A DNA stretch of 64,000 bases from positions 3,968,001 to 4,032,000 of the forward strand of contig OZ176057.1 of assembly GCA_964247055.1 (NCBI GenBank), given 5' to 3'. A program made the translations under genes and the position numbers. Positions 12,574 to 24,441 of the stretch are shown here, piece by piece. Every line of letters starts with the position of its first letter. Positions within the stretch are counted from its first letter, which is position 1. The notes under the pieces were generated by a model. It made no database searches. It worked only from the letters and a program-made list of their open reading frames with translations, and had not been told where the DNA came from. Origin of the DNA: Paragordius varius. Its lineage: Eukaryota > Animalia > Nematomorpha.

Positions 12574-14695
12574 CATTAAGATTTGGGGTATCTAAATACT
12601 CTATACTAAATTTAAAATATTTTTGACAAACCCCTGAAGAAACAGTAAATTTAAATTTATGCTTTTATCCTGATAATAATTATATCAAAAGGCGATATCT
12701 AAAAATTTCGTTTGAAATTTTTTTTTATAAAATGACGACATTCGGATTTTACAAAATATGTTCATTTCGATTTAAATTTGCGCGTATAAATACCCCAGAC
12801 AATATTTAACTTAATATTAATAACTACTGAAAGAAACGGCTCCAATTTAAATTTTTGCTTCTATCCTAATAAAAATTATATATATAAACCTAAATATCTA
12901 AATAACAATTGGTTTTGAAAATAACGTATCAAACTACTTGGACGCCATTTTTATTTTGCTACTTTTTCGCAAAATATCGTGTTTATTTGATTCTTAAGCA
13001 TAAAATTAAGATTAATTTTTATTAAAATAACATTTAATTGATATAAACAAAAGAAGTGGTATATGTTGCATTATTTTTTATGTTTAGTTTATGCACACAT
13101 GTCAAAATTGCTAAATTTTTAGCTTTGGATTTTACCTCTGAATATTATTTTATGAAATTTTTATTATATTTCGGTTGATTAATGTTATTATATAAGAGCA
13201 AACTTTTGCTTTGATTTCAATTTATTCAATATTTGAATTATTTAATTTTAAACAAGCCTGGGGTATTCACTACCCAAATTTATATCGGACGACAGAATGA
13301 ATATGTTGTATCCAAGTGAGCTAATTTTTCGCTTAAATCACGTCTAATATTGATAGAAATAGAAAGAGTGGTTTATTTTACATTATTTTTCCTTTTTAAA
13401 TTTCAACTTATAATATAGTCTGGAGTATTTAGATACCCCTTTTGAATCAAAGTTTTATTTTATCTAAATGAAAACCTATTCCATAATTATAATTCTTATC
13501 ATATCTTTTGAATAAACAAAGTTTAAACAGGCCTAAGGTATCCAACTACCCCAACTCGAATCGAAAGACTAAAAATGTGTTTCCAAATGCTAACAATTCG
13601 ATTCAAATTGGAATATTTAAATACCTCAGACTATATTTAAGCTAATATTTTGAAAACTATGGAATAAAAGGTATCGATTATAATTACGCTTCATCCCAAT
13701 ATAAATTATATTGATAAGCTGAAATATCTAAATAATATTTATTTAAGAAATAAAATTACGTATAAAACAACTTGGACGCTATTTTTGTTTTACAACATTT
13801 TCACATAATATCGTGCTTATTTTTCAGTTTAAATAGCTAGTTTTAAATCACATCTCGTTGTTAAAAACAGAAAAATAGGTTAGTATTGTATTATTATTAA
13901 AATCAATGCACATATTGATGACTAAATTTTACCTTTAGGCTTTACCTTAAAATACGTAATATCATGTATTTTTAAATATTTTTTTTAATTGGGCTCATTT
14001 ATGTTATATAAGTGCAAACTTTTGCCATGGTTTCAATGCCTTCCATATTTTTTAAAATATTTACTTTCAACATCGGTTATTTAACTTTTGAATCGAATGA
14101 CTGATATGAATATGTTGTATCCAAGAGTGACACTTCGATTCAAATTGGGGCATCTAAATACCCCAGACTAAATTTGAGTTAAGATTTTAAAAAACTACTG
14201 AAGGAAACGGTCCCAATTATTCATGCTTCTATACTAATAAAAATTATATAATTATGCTAAAATATCTAAATAAAATTTTGTTTAGAAAAAAAGTTCTATG
14301 TCAAACTAATTCGACGCCATTTTTGTTTTACAAAATTTTTGCAAAATTCTTCATTTAATTTTAAGGGTGGAATTAAAGCTAGTTTTTTATTTAAATTACA
14401 TCTAACATTGATAAAGCGGTTTATTTTGTAATATTTTTCAATTTTACCCTTGCACACATGTCACGCTAACCAAATTTTTAGCTTTAGGTTTTAGTTAGCT
14501 TAAATAAGTAAAATCAAGTACTTTTGAATAAAATTTTTTATATATTTCGGTTTTTTAATGATATATGAGTGCAAAATTTTGCCATGGTTTCGATTCCTTC
14601 CATATTTTTAAAGAATTTTATTTTACACAGGTCTAGGGTATTTAATTACCCCGATTTGAATCGAAGGATTAAAATGAATGTGTTGTATCTAAGTG
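12574..14695 (-). mobile_element. Cluster of ~5 same-orientation piggyBac-like MITE copies (partial and full)
   Basis: The terminal motifs TGTTGTATCCAAG(TG) and TTCGATTCAAATTGG recur at ~12574, 12765-13318, 13325-13590, 13590-14125 and 14131-14695; the last copy ends AAGTG|TTAA. Confidence 0.7.
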
Positions 14696-14781
14696 TTAAA
14701 CAAGGTAAAGAGGCACACGTCTGGTAATAAGGAATTGGGATAAATTATGTATAATCTCAGTGTAACATGTGAAGCGTTTGT

Positions 14782-14867
14782 ATGGAAAAGCGTGAAGTAG
14801 CCCAATATTTTAAAAACATTTTTGGCCAAGTTTCTTTCGAAGAAAATCGAAAGCTTTATTATCGCAG
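14782..14867 (+). CDS. BUB1: BUB1 exon with GLEBS (Bub3-binding)-like motif
   Basis: MEKREVAQYFKNIFGQVSFEENRKLYYR; donor CGCAG|GTATAA at 14868; in-frame TGA upstream at 14770. Confidence 0.6.
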
Positions 14868-17800
14868 GTATAAAGTTTTAAATTAATCCTTTCAGTAAAC
14901 TTTACAGTCAACAAATATGTGAACTGAAAGCTAAATTTTCAAATTCATTTGTTGATTCGACACCTTTGTTTCATGAATTTCAAACATATTTTAGCCAATA
15001 TCTGCAGAAAATAATTGAAACTGATCATGAGAAACTAAATCACATTTATAATAAATTAGTGTCAAATAATTTTGCCCAAAACATTACCCCTGATTCTGAA
15101 ATCAAATATCCAATTTTAAAAAGTGATAATAGCTTTAACTCATCGGAAATATTAGTCAGTTGGGATGTTAACCAATTTTCTCTGCATTCAAACATAAATT
15201 CCGTTGGTCATCCTACCCGCATCAATAACGCAAAATTGGTAAGTTTATCAGATCTCGAAGTGGGACAAAATAATTCCGAAATCCATAATGGTTCGACTCA
15301 AAATTCTTATAACTTTTTGTCTACTAAGTCATTTAGCACATCTCCAAAAACCAAACATTTTCACACGTTAAACAATAAGAAAAGGAAAACATTCCATTAC
15401 CCTGAAAATTATTTGCACACAAATAATGTAAACTATAATAGTAGTTTTTCTGACAAAAAGAACTTGAATTCTCCTGATCAAAGCTCAAATAGTCCAAATT
15501 ATCCTGCACAACAATCCATACCAAAATATAACAGCCCCCTTTCTAACGGACAAACACACGATGATGGTCAATTTGAAAGGAAACATAAAAGTAGTAGCAT
15601 AACGATAGTTAAACAGGACCCTTTCGTGAAAAATGTAAAATGGTCACATCTAAACAATGTAATCATAAGGGGTCAACCAGGTTTTTTTGACCTTCGCCAT
15701 AAACACACCCGACTTCGTGTCAAAAATTTGGATTCTGGTTTCGTCGCCAAAGAAAATATCGCTTCCTCTTGCAATGATAATGATAACCATACAAATCTTG
15801 CCATCAAGTTTGAGTTAAAAAAGATGATAGGTAATGCATACATCACAGCATCGTTTTATTTTAAACATTGTAAAACAATAATTTTTGGTCTATAGATCAA
15901 AATTTTAATTTCAATTATGAATTTGTTTTGAAAGGATAATAAGTGTTGTTTTTGAGCTTTTGAGGGGAAAAATGTTGTTTTTTTATGTTTTATATCGATA
16001 TTACAGTAAAAATTATAATTATACGGACAAAACGTAAAAACAAATATATTTTTTAGACAACCATAAATTTTTAAACCTTAATTTTTTCCGATATAAACTT
16101 TTTAATTACAATTTTTAAATATATAAGTGATTGTGTTACCAATTTACATCTCATTATGATACTTTGCAATTTTAAGCTAGGTTTATATATTAAAAGATTT
16201 CATGTTCAAAAAATATACTGGTTTTTTACAAAAAAAATTTTTGTCCTTATATTTTTACGTTTTGTCCGCATTAAATTAAATTTTTACAATATAACAATAT
16301 TTTGGCATGTAAAAATATTTTTGAATAATCAAGTAGTATTTAAACGTTTAGTTTCATTAGAAATTTTTAACAATTATATATTTTAAAAAATTTAAACTAA
16401 TTATACATGTGTTTTTGTATCGACGATTTGAAATATGCTATTAAAATTTTGAACTATCAATGTATAGTATACAACTTCTTAAAACTTTTTTTTTATTTAT
16501 TTTTTGCAATTCATATAATGTAATAGGAAATTCTTCAAAATATATCATTTACACCTTAAATTAACTTAACATTTAAATCACCCTTGAACATGTAAAATTC
16601 CCTCTTAAACAATTCAAATTCACCCTAAAAAAGTAATGTGTTGTTGGGCCATTTTATAACACATCATCAATATGAAATATTTCTTTGTGGCATAGTTTTT
16701 TTTTTATTATTATGTCAAACGAAATTTCATTTTTTACAAACATAAATATTGAAAAACACCTAATTTATCTAAGGATGAATTTAAATTGCCCTAGAATGAA
16801 TTTGGATTGTTTGAGGTCGAGTTTGAATTGTTCAAGGGTGAATTTGGATTGTCTAATGGTGAATTTGAATCGTTCAAGGTAAATTTGATTACACGAGGTT
16901 TAATTTTGCATATTTTTTAATGAAATGAATTGTTTGAGGGTGAGTTTGAATTGTTCGAGGGCGAATTTAATTGTTCGAATGTGAATTTGGATTGTTTAAG
17001 GGTATATTTGAATTTCCCAAATGTGAATTTTAGGTGTAAATGGCATATATATTTTTATTTATTAGGTGAGGGTGCTTTCGCCAAAGTCTTTCAAACCCAT
17101 TCAGTTCTAACTACAAATACAAATACAAACGAGGGTTACGATGCGAGATGTAATTCAATATTCATGTACCCATTAACGGATAATATCGAAGCACAGCAAC
17201 AAAATGAAAATGGCTGTCCGACGACAAATATATTAAACGCAAAAAAGCAATTCTTCCACACCAATATGATGTGTGCCCTTAAAATTCAACAGGACCCGTT
17301 TGATTCTGTGTGGGAATATCACATATACAATCGAATTAAGCAAAAAATGTTTGCAGACGAAACTACTACTACTACCACCATAAGGGAAAACAAAAAATCA
17401 GCTGTTTTCCATCCCAAAATTTTTGGGGCCTTCATTTATGCCGATGTTTCATTCCTACATATGGAATTATATGCCAATGGAACTTTACTCAATGTAAAAT
17501 TTATTTTATTTTTGTTTTTATAGTTACTTTTGTTGGCATTATTTTATTCTAGTACAGCACTTGTTGAACTAATTATTCAATGTTGATTATTAAGCACTTT
17601 TTTCGAATTTTAACACAGGGGGCTGTCCAACATAAATGGCTTCGTTGGCCGCAATATATGGGCATTCCTAAATAATATATAAGGTTTTCATATGCAAACA
17701 TATGACATTGCAAAATGAACACAGAATGCAATAATTTTTCTTCGTTGTTCTTGCTATTTTTGGCATTAAACTTATTTATAAAAAAATGTCTAAGAATTAA

Positions 17801-18363
17801 TAATTTTACCAAGTGATAAATAAAGAGTCAACTATCTAACACTCGAATATTGATAATTTTAATTTTTATCAAATAATTCACATTTAGTCTTTACTATATT
17901 ATTGTACTAAGATATGTTCCATTTTTTTTCGGCGGGCCATGCATAAAGTTTCGAAGGCCCATATGTTGGATACCCCTGGTTTAACATATTAATTATCCTT
18001 TGATAACAAAATAAATTTTCTGTCAAATTATTTTTTAGAATATGCCCTGTATTTTTCCCACAAAGGTATTAAGGGTTATTTGCCTTAAGTCATAATAATA
18101 ATAATAATAGATGTCATATTTTAAACATGACATAATAAACTTAATTAAAAATTTTATAAAGTATGCATATTTATCAGTGGTTATCAAACCTCACAGCCTA
18201 TGGGGCCCATGGCCATCCATGAATTATTTATTACATTTTTTTAATGTACTAATTTTGAGTCTAAATATCTGCAAATGTATTCGACAGCTATGAAAAAAAT
18301 TTTATCGTTATCACGAGAAAAATATATTATTTCGGTCCTTCAAAATTTTTTACTGAATACCAT

Positions 18364-18399
<36 letters not shown>

Positions 18400-21300
18400 G
18401 ATTCTAAGAAAAAAATTATTTTCTTTAACATATTTTCTGATAAATATTTCCGACTTTTAGCAATGAACTGGCAAACAAACAATGTTAAAATAAATACAGT
18501 CGTTTTTACAGTCTTATGTGTCTAAAATGTAATAATATATTTGTTAATGCCCACATATTTTGTAAATACGGCCCGCGAAGCTATTTTCTGTACACCCCTG
18601 TTTTTAGGGGATTTTAAATATTCACCATCACTCATTATACATTTTAATAAAATTTATATATACCATTTTTCATGCAAAAACATCATTTTTTCAAGCAAAC
18701 GCAACAATTTTTCAAGCAAACGCAACAATTTTTCAAGCAAATGCAACATTTTTTCAACCAAATGCAACATTTTTTCAAGCAAACGCAACATTTTTTCAAG
18801 CAAACGCAACATTTTTTCAAGCAAACGCAACATTTTTTCAAGCAAATACAACATTTTTTCATTCAAACGCAACATTTTTTCAACCAAAGACAACATTTTT
18901 TCAAGCAAAAACAACACTTTTTTTAATATTACAAAGAATTACTATTTATTGTTAATTATAAATTATTTATTTAATTTTAAGTTAATGTAATTTATTTTTA
19001 GCGTTGAATTATGATTTTTATCGTTTTACCATCAATATTTGATGGTAAAATTGATTTTCAAACATTTTGATTTCGCCCATAAATTGCATTATTTATTTAT
19101 AATAATTATATTTATCTTTTACAATTTTAGTTTCGCCTAATCAAATTATTTAATTTGCACTTCAAGAGTGTCTTTGAAAGTTTAAAGTTGTCCTTCACTT
19201 CAAGTTGGTCCTTTGACTTTTTTGTTTTGTTTTTATTTATTAATTAAATCGAAAATAATTTATCTATATTGCTTTTAACCTATTTTCTATTATTTAACAT
19301 AAATTTTAAATCGATATCAACTTTTAATCTTTGAGAAACCGTATATTAATTTCTTAAAATAATTTTAGATATTTATAACACGAAAAAAAATATATGAGTT
19401 TTCTGGGTTATTAAAAAATTTTCATTAATAACATTAAAAGTTAATAATTTTGTTCAATTAAAAAAAATATTTTGAAACAAAAAAGTGGTTTTTCAATAAA
19501 TTTTTTTATTTTTAAATGAAATATATAATAAATAAAGAAAATTAGGTTAATAAATAATAATATTAAAAAATAAATGCAAAAATTAGCGTAAAACAAAATT
19601 TATATATTTTAAGGACCAAAAAAGTTCAAAGACCAACTTGAAATGTTCAAGGACCAACTTGAAGTATTCAAACTCTTGAAGTGCAAATTAAATAATTTGA
19701 TTAGGCGAATTGTAAAAGATAAATATAATTATTATAAATAAATAAGGCAATTTATGGGCGAAATCAAAATGTTTGAAAATCAATTTTACCATCAAATATT
19801 GATGGTAAAACGATAAAAATCATATTCAACGCTAAAAATAAATTACATTAACTTAAAATTAAATAAATAATTTATAATTAACAATAAATAGTAATTCTTT
19901 GTAATATTAAAAAAAAGTGATGTTTTTGCTTGAAAAAATGTTGTCTTTGGTTGAAAAAATGTTGTATTTGGTTGAAAAAATGTTGCATTTGTTTAAAAAA
20001 ATGTTGCGTTTGCTTGAAAAAATGTTGCGTTTTCTTGAAAAAATGTTGTCTTTGCTTGAAAAAATGTTGCATTTGCTTGAAAATTTGTTGCCTTTGCTTG
20101 AAAAAATGTTGCGTTTGCTTGAAAAAATGGTGCGTTTGCTTGAAAAAATGATGTTTTTGCATGAAAAATGGTATATATAATAGTATGATGAATCAATTTA
20201 CAGTGTATGCAATTTTAATGGTTGCTTATTTCACACTGCTATAGTTGAGGGCAATTTGCAACTCAGGAATGTATGGTAAAAACAAAATGTTAAATATTAA
20301 CAATTACAGTTCTGTATCCATTATTTTATCAAAAATTTATTTTCTTTCGTTAAATGGGGGTATAAATATTTGGTAAAGAATGGAAAAAACAAGAGCTCTA
20401 TGGTAATTCATATACTTTTTTTGATGAATTTAATATTGTTAATAGAGTTCTTGTTTCTTCCATTCTTTACCAAATATTTATAACCCCCATTTAACGCAAA
20501 ACAAAATAAATTTTTGATAAAACAAAGGATACATGACTGTATTTCCTTTCTTTTTTTCTCATACACTCCTGTGTTGCAAATTGTTGCGCCCCCTACTATA
20601 GTAGTGTGAAATAAGTAACCATTAAAATGCATACTGAATTATATAAGTACATATTTTACTGGAAAAGTTAATCTCCATAATATGTTTAATATGCACTTTA
20701 TTTAGTTTGTCAATTACTATAAAAGCCGAAATAAATTGATACCGACACCAATCATCATATATTTGGCTTGTGAAATGTTAGATATACTATATTGCTTACA
20801 TCACATCTGTCATATTTTACACACTGATATAAAACCGGATAACTTTTTACTTGGGTAAACCTTAATATATATATATACCATTTACACTTCAAGAGTGTCC
20901 TTGAACAATTCAAGTTTCTTGAACAATTCAAGTTGGTCCTTGAACAATTCAAGTTGGTCCTTGAACAGTTCAAGTTGGTCCTTAAAATTTATAAATTTTG
21001 ATTTAACCATAATTTTTGCTATTTTTTTATTTAATTATTTATTAACCTAATTTTTTTATTTATTATATATTTATTCATTTAAAAATAAATTTTTTTATTG
21101 AAAAACCACTTTTTTTGTTTAAAATTATTTTTTTTCAATTGAACAAAATTATTGACTTTTAAATGTTTTTATTGAAAAATTTTAATTAATAACCCAGAAA
21201 ACTTATATATTTTTTCATTTCATGTTAAAATCTTATAAATATCTAAATTTATTTTAACAAATTAATAAAGATATACGGTTTTTCAAAGATTAAAAGTTGA

Positions 21301-24300
21301 TATCGTTTTAAAATTTATGTTAAATAATAGAAAATAGGTTAAAAACAATAAAATAGACGAATTATTTTCGATTTGATTGATAAAAGTTAAAAACAAAACA
21401 AAAAAGTTAAAGGACCAACTTGAATTGTTCAAGGACCAACTTGAATTGTTCAAGGACCAACTTGAGCTGTTCAAGGACCAACTTGAATTGTTCAAGGACC
21501 AACTTGAATTGTTCAAGGACCAACTTGAGCTGTTCAAGGACCAACTTGAGCTGTTCAAGGACCAACTTGAATTGTTCAAGGACCAACTTGAATTGTTCAA
21601 GGACCAACTTGAACTGTTCAAGGACCAACTTGAATTGTTCAAGGACACTCTTGAAGTGTAAATGGTATATATATATATATATATATTACATTTTTTATAT
21701 ATATTTTTCAGTATTTTTTTATGCAATTCAAATTTACCCTTGATCAATTCAAATTCACCCACGTACAATTCATAACCCTTAAACAAACTATGCGTTTTAG
21801 GCCTATATAACTCATTATTATATAGTATATTTTATTATTTTTTCAGTACTATATAAATTTTAAACAAAATTTGATTTTTTGAAAATATGAAAAGATATTT
21901 AGGTAATTTTTAACTTTGAAAAACACATAATTTATTTTAGGGTGAATATGAACTGATGAAGGGTGAATTTTAACTGTAAATGGTATATTATCTTTAAGAC
22001 CATCTATTTCACAGTATAAGGATAAAAGTACAGACAATTAAATTTATACAGCATATTCTAAAAATATAAAGACAGCAATTTTTTAAAAAGACAACAATAC
22101 TTTCATTTACTTTAATTTATCCTATAATAAGCATTATTACAATTGTAAAATTTATAATTGATTGGGTCAACTAGTAATTTCAACGAACATAAACTATTTA
22201 ACGAAAGTTTTAGGTGTGTTTTAAAGTTTGATTCGCCTTTATATTTTTAGAGACACATTTACAGTAAAAACTGAAATTATATAGACAAAATGTTAAAATA
22301 TAAAAACAAATATTTTTTTTTAAAGTACTTTTTTAAACCTTAATTTTTCTCATATAAATTATATAATTATAATTTTAAAATATATAATTTATTGTGTCAC
22401 CAATGTAGATATCAATTCTATAATATGCAATTTGAAACAATGAGAGTTATATTAAAAAAATGTAGTTAAAAAAAGTATGGTTGTCTTTTGAAAAAAAAAT
22501 TTGTCTTTATATTTTAACGTTTTGTCCGTATAATTTCAATTTTTACTGTAAGTTTGGAAAAAAGTAATTTATATATTTTCTTCCAGAGATTTATCAGTCA
22601 TAGTCAAAAAAAGTATGGTTGTCTTTTGAAAAAAAAAATTTGTCTTTATATTTTAACGTTTTGTCCGTATAATTTCAATTTTTACTGTAAGTTTGAAAAA
22701 AAGCGCAAGGTAAAAAATTTTTTTATATTTTTTTTATTCCAGAGATTTATCAGTCATGTATGAATTATGTCACCTTTTTTCATCTGCTACCTCGAAAAAA
22801 TCTGTCAGCTATTGCGACCTTTTACACTTTGTTCGACAACATAGAATGCTCAAAATTATGGATTTTGGCAAGAGTATTGATCTTACATTTTATCCCAAAG
22901 GTTTATATTTTTTACAATAATTTTGTCATATAATTTATAATTTTATACCATTTACAATTCAAATTCACCCTTGGACAATTAAAATTTATTCACCTTAAAA
23001 ATAAATTATGTGTTTTCGGTATATAACTACTCATCATTTATGTGAAATATATCTTCTGACATAGTTTATTATGTTTTCAGTATTATTAATTTAAACAGAA
23101 TTTTATTTTTAAAAATTAAAAACAATAGATAATTTTTAATCTTAAAAACCAATTTATTTTAGGGTGAATTTCGAGTGTGAGATATTTTAATTTCGATACA
23201 ATTATAAATATATTTTTTTTGACAAATTAATACCAAGCCATTATTTTCTTCGGATTTTAAATCTTGATAAATTATTTTTTATGGTGCCATATAGTAAGTT
23301 TTAACAGTTAGAAATAAAAAATTAAGATTTAAAAAGATAAATATTTTAATATTATTTAAAAACACTCGTTTAATTTAAATATAACTCATCGTTTTAGATT
23401 TTAGAATAAGAAATAGGGATGGAAATTAGTAACATGTATAAAAATTTTAAAAATGATATCTGGTTGTTTTCACAACTGAAATTATACGGACAAAATGAAT
23501 AAATACAAAGACAAATTTTATAAAAGACAATCAATCACTTATACTTATTAAATCTAATTTTTTTGCATATGCATTATTAATTTACAAATATAAAATATAT
23601 AATTAATTACATCTCTATTTCATATCGTTGCACTCATAAACAATTATTGTAAAAAAATTGGAGATTAAAAAATTATTATAGTTATCTTTTGAAAAAAAAA
23701 TTTGTCGCTTTATTTTTACTCCGTATAGTTTCAATTTTTTACTGCAACAATTTTTATTTTTACATAACTGTTGTATATATAAGTTATATATCTTTTTTTA
23801 TTATAGATGTCCATTTTGCTAAACGAAGTCAGGAGAAAGATTTTAGTTGTCCGGAAATGCGTGAACGAAAAGCTTGGAGTTTTTCCCTTGATTATTTTGG
23901 GTTTTTGGGTTGTGTCCACTGTTTAACATTCAATTCTTACATGCAAATCCATCATCATCGTAACAACATTAACAATATCAATAATAGGCTACAAAAAAAT
24001 TGCCATCCAAACTCAAATGTCCTCGAGAGTGATAAAGCAAAAGCACAAACAATAAAATGCCACCACCATCATCCTTTAACTATTAACAAGAATCAACATG
24101 GTGGTGGTAAAGAAAATAATGTCACCATGAGTTGTTGGAAAATAACGGAAAAATGGTCAAAATGTGGTCGGGAAACGACTCAAACTTTTAAACCACTTTT
24201 CACAGCACTGTTAAATTTATGTTGTAATTCGACTGAGGTATCTGACCTTACTAATAATATAAACACCGCTAAAAGCGAATTTTTTGTAATTGAAGCCGAT

Positions 24301-24441
24301 CGCCACAAAGAACCGTATACAAGCGAATGGTATGCCGATATAAATATTTACTGGTTACAAAAATTGCTTGAAATGTTGGGAAAATACACTGGACCACAAA
24401 TAACTCAAGCCCTATCCCAATACCCCCTTAGTATTGTTTGA
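14782..24441 (+). CDS. BUB1: Bub1-family spindle checkpoint Ser/Thr kinase, join(14782-14867,14896-15830,17066-17493,20706-20854,22743-22900,23807-24441), ~796 aa; 5' end uncertain
   Basis: Motifs in order: GLEBS-like VSFEENRKLYY; DPF...PGFFDL kinase extension; IGEGAFAKVF; ALKIQ...WEYHI; ELYANGTLLN; HTDIKPDNFLLG; IMDFGKSIDLTFYPK; FSCPEMRERKAWSFSLDYFG. All introns are GT-AG with consistent phases (2,1,0,2,1). Confidence 0.9.
14896..15830 (+). CDS. BUB1: BUB1 large Asn/Ser-rich linker exon (acceptor may instead be at 14908 or 14995)
   Basis: Long open frame ending FELKKMI G|GTAATG, which joins GEGAF in the next exon. Confidence 0.85.
16545..17043. mobile_element. Family C MITE (TA|CCATTTACA TIR, 21-bp GGGTGAATTTGAATTGTTCAA arrays)
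   Basis: Ends ~20 bp before the BUB1 acceptor at 17065. Further full or partial copies: 21725-21983, 22948-23180, 26385-26599, 27380-27600, 30250-30514, 31940-32215, 32435-32670, 34376-34545. Confidence 0.75.
17066..17493 (+). CDS. BUB1: BUB1 kinase N-lobe exon
   Basis: TTATTAG| GEGAFAKVFQ...ALKIQQDPFDSVWEYHIY...MELYANGTLLN |GTAAAA. Confidence 0.92.
17616..17978. mobile_element. hAT-type MITE
   Basis: TIR CAGGGG..TCCAACATA / TATGTTGGATACCCCTG; 8-bp flanks TTTTAACA / GTTTAACA (7/8 match). Confidence 0.7.
18175..18600. mobile_element. Degenerate hAT-type MITE (related copy 25126-25419)
   Basis: CAGTGG...GGCCC...CCCCTG termini; shares TTTGTTAATGCCCA(C/T)ATATTT with ~25330. No clean TSD. Confidence 0.45.
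18663..20171. mobile_element. Family E foldback MITE (TA|CCATTTTT TIR, ~11 x 21-bp arrays per arm) enclosing a family C'-like core
   Basis: Mirror arms ~18663-19215 and 19615-20171; inner 19158-19684 matches 20878-21665. A degenerate copy lies at ~44990-45991. Confidence 0.8.
20201..20636. mobile_element. Family F MITE (CAGT(G)TATGCATTTTAATGGTT TIR); other copies 33214-33416 and 35207-35361
   Basis: Inverted termini with TA flanks in the cleaner copies. Confidence 0.7.
20706..20854 (+). CDS. BUB1: BUB1 catalytic-loop exon (not in ORF track)
   Basis: TTTAG| FVNYYKSRNKLIPTPIIIYLACEMLDILYCLHHICHILHTDIKPDNFLLG |GTAAAC. Confidence 0.93.
20878..21665. mobile_element. Family C' MITE with expanded GGACCAACTTGAATTGTTCAA 21-bp array
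   Basis: (TA)n|CCATTTACACTTCAAG ... CTTGAAGTGTAAATGG|(TA)n. About 4 units on the left and ~11 on the right. Second copy at 34545-35110. Confidence 0.85.
22743..22900 (+). CDS. BUB1: BUB1 DFG exon (not in ORF track)
   Basis: TTCCAG| DLSVMYELCHLF...RMLKIMDFGKSIDLTFYPK |GTTTAT. Confidence 0.92.
23807..24441 (+). CDS. BUB1: BUB1 terminal C-lobe exon
   Basis: TTATAG| DVHFAKRSQEKDFSCPEMRERKAWSFSLDYFGFLGCVHCLTFNSYM...FKPLFTALLN...YPLSIV*. Confidence 0.9.

Noticed and set aside
16930-17065. ORF-track N-terminus MFEGEFELF...
   Set aside because: Intronic MITE sequence that happens to be in frame with the real BUB1 exon at 17066.
18541-20196. LLEKMLR, FFKQTQH and KKCC repeat ORFs
   Set aside because: Mirror-image translations of the family E 21-bp arrays.
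20878-21665. CRISPR-like appearance of the regular repeats
   Set aside because: There are no unique spacers, the context is eukaryotic and intronic, and the arrays lie within TIRs.
21283-21786. Heptad-repeat ORFs (KDQLELF, VLEQFKL, NCSRTNL, NNSSWSL), including their LRR- or coiled-coil-like look
   Set aside because: They are translations of the 21-bp MITE array, open in several frames on both strands, with no splice context.
22554-22763. ORF 22554-22763 as a gene
   Set aside because: Mostly duplicated MITE end; the true exon starts at 22743 in another frame.
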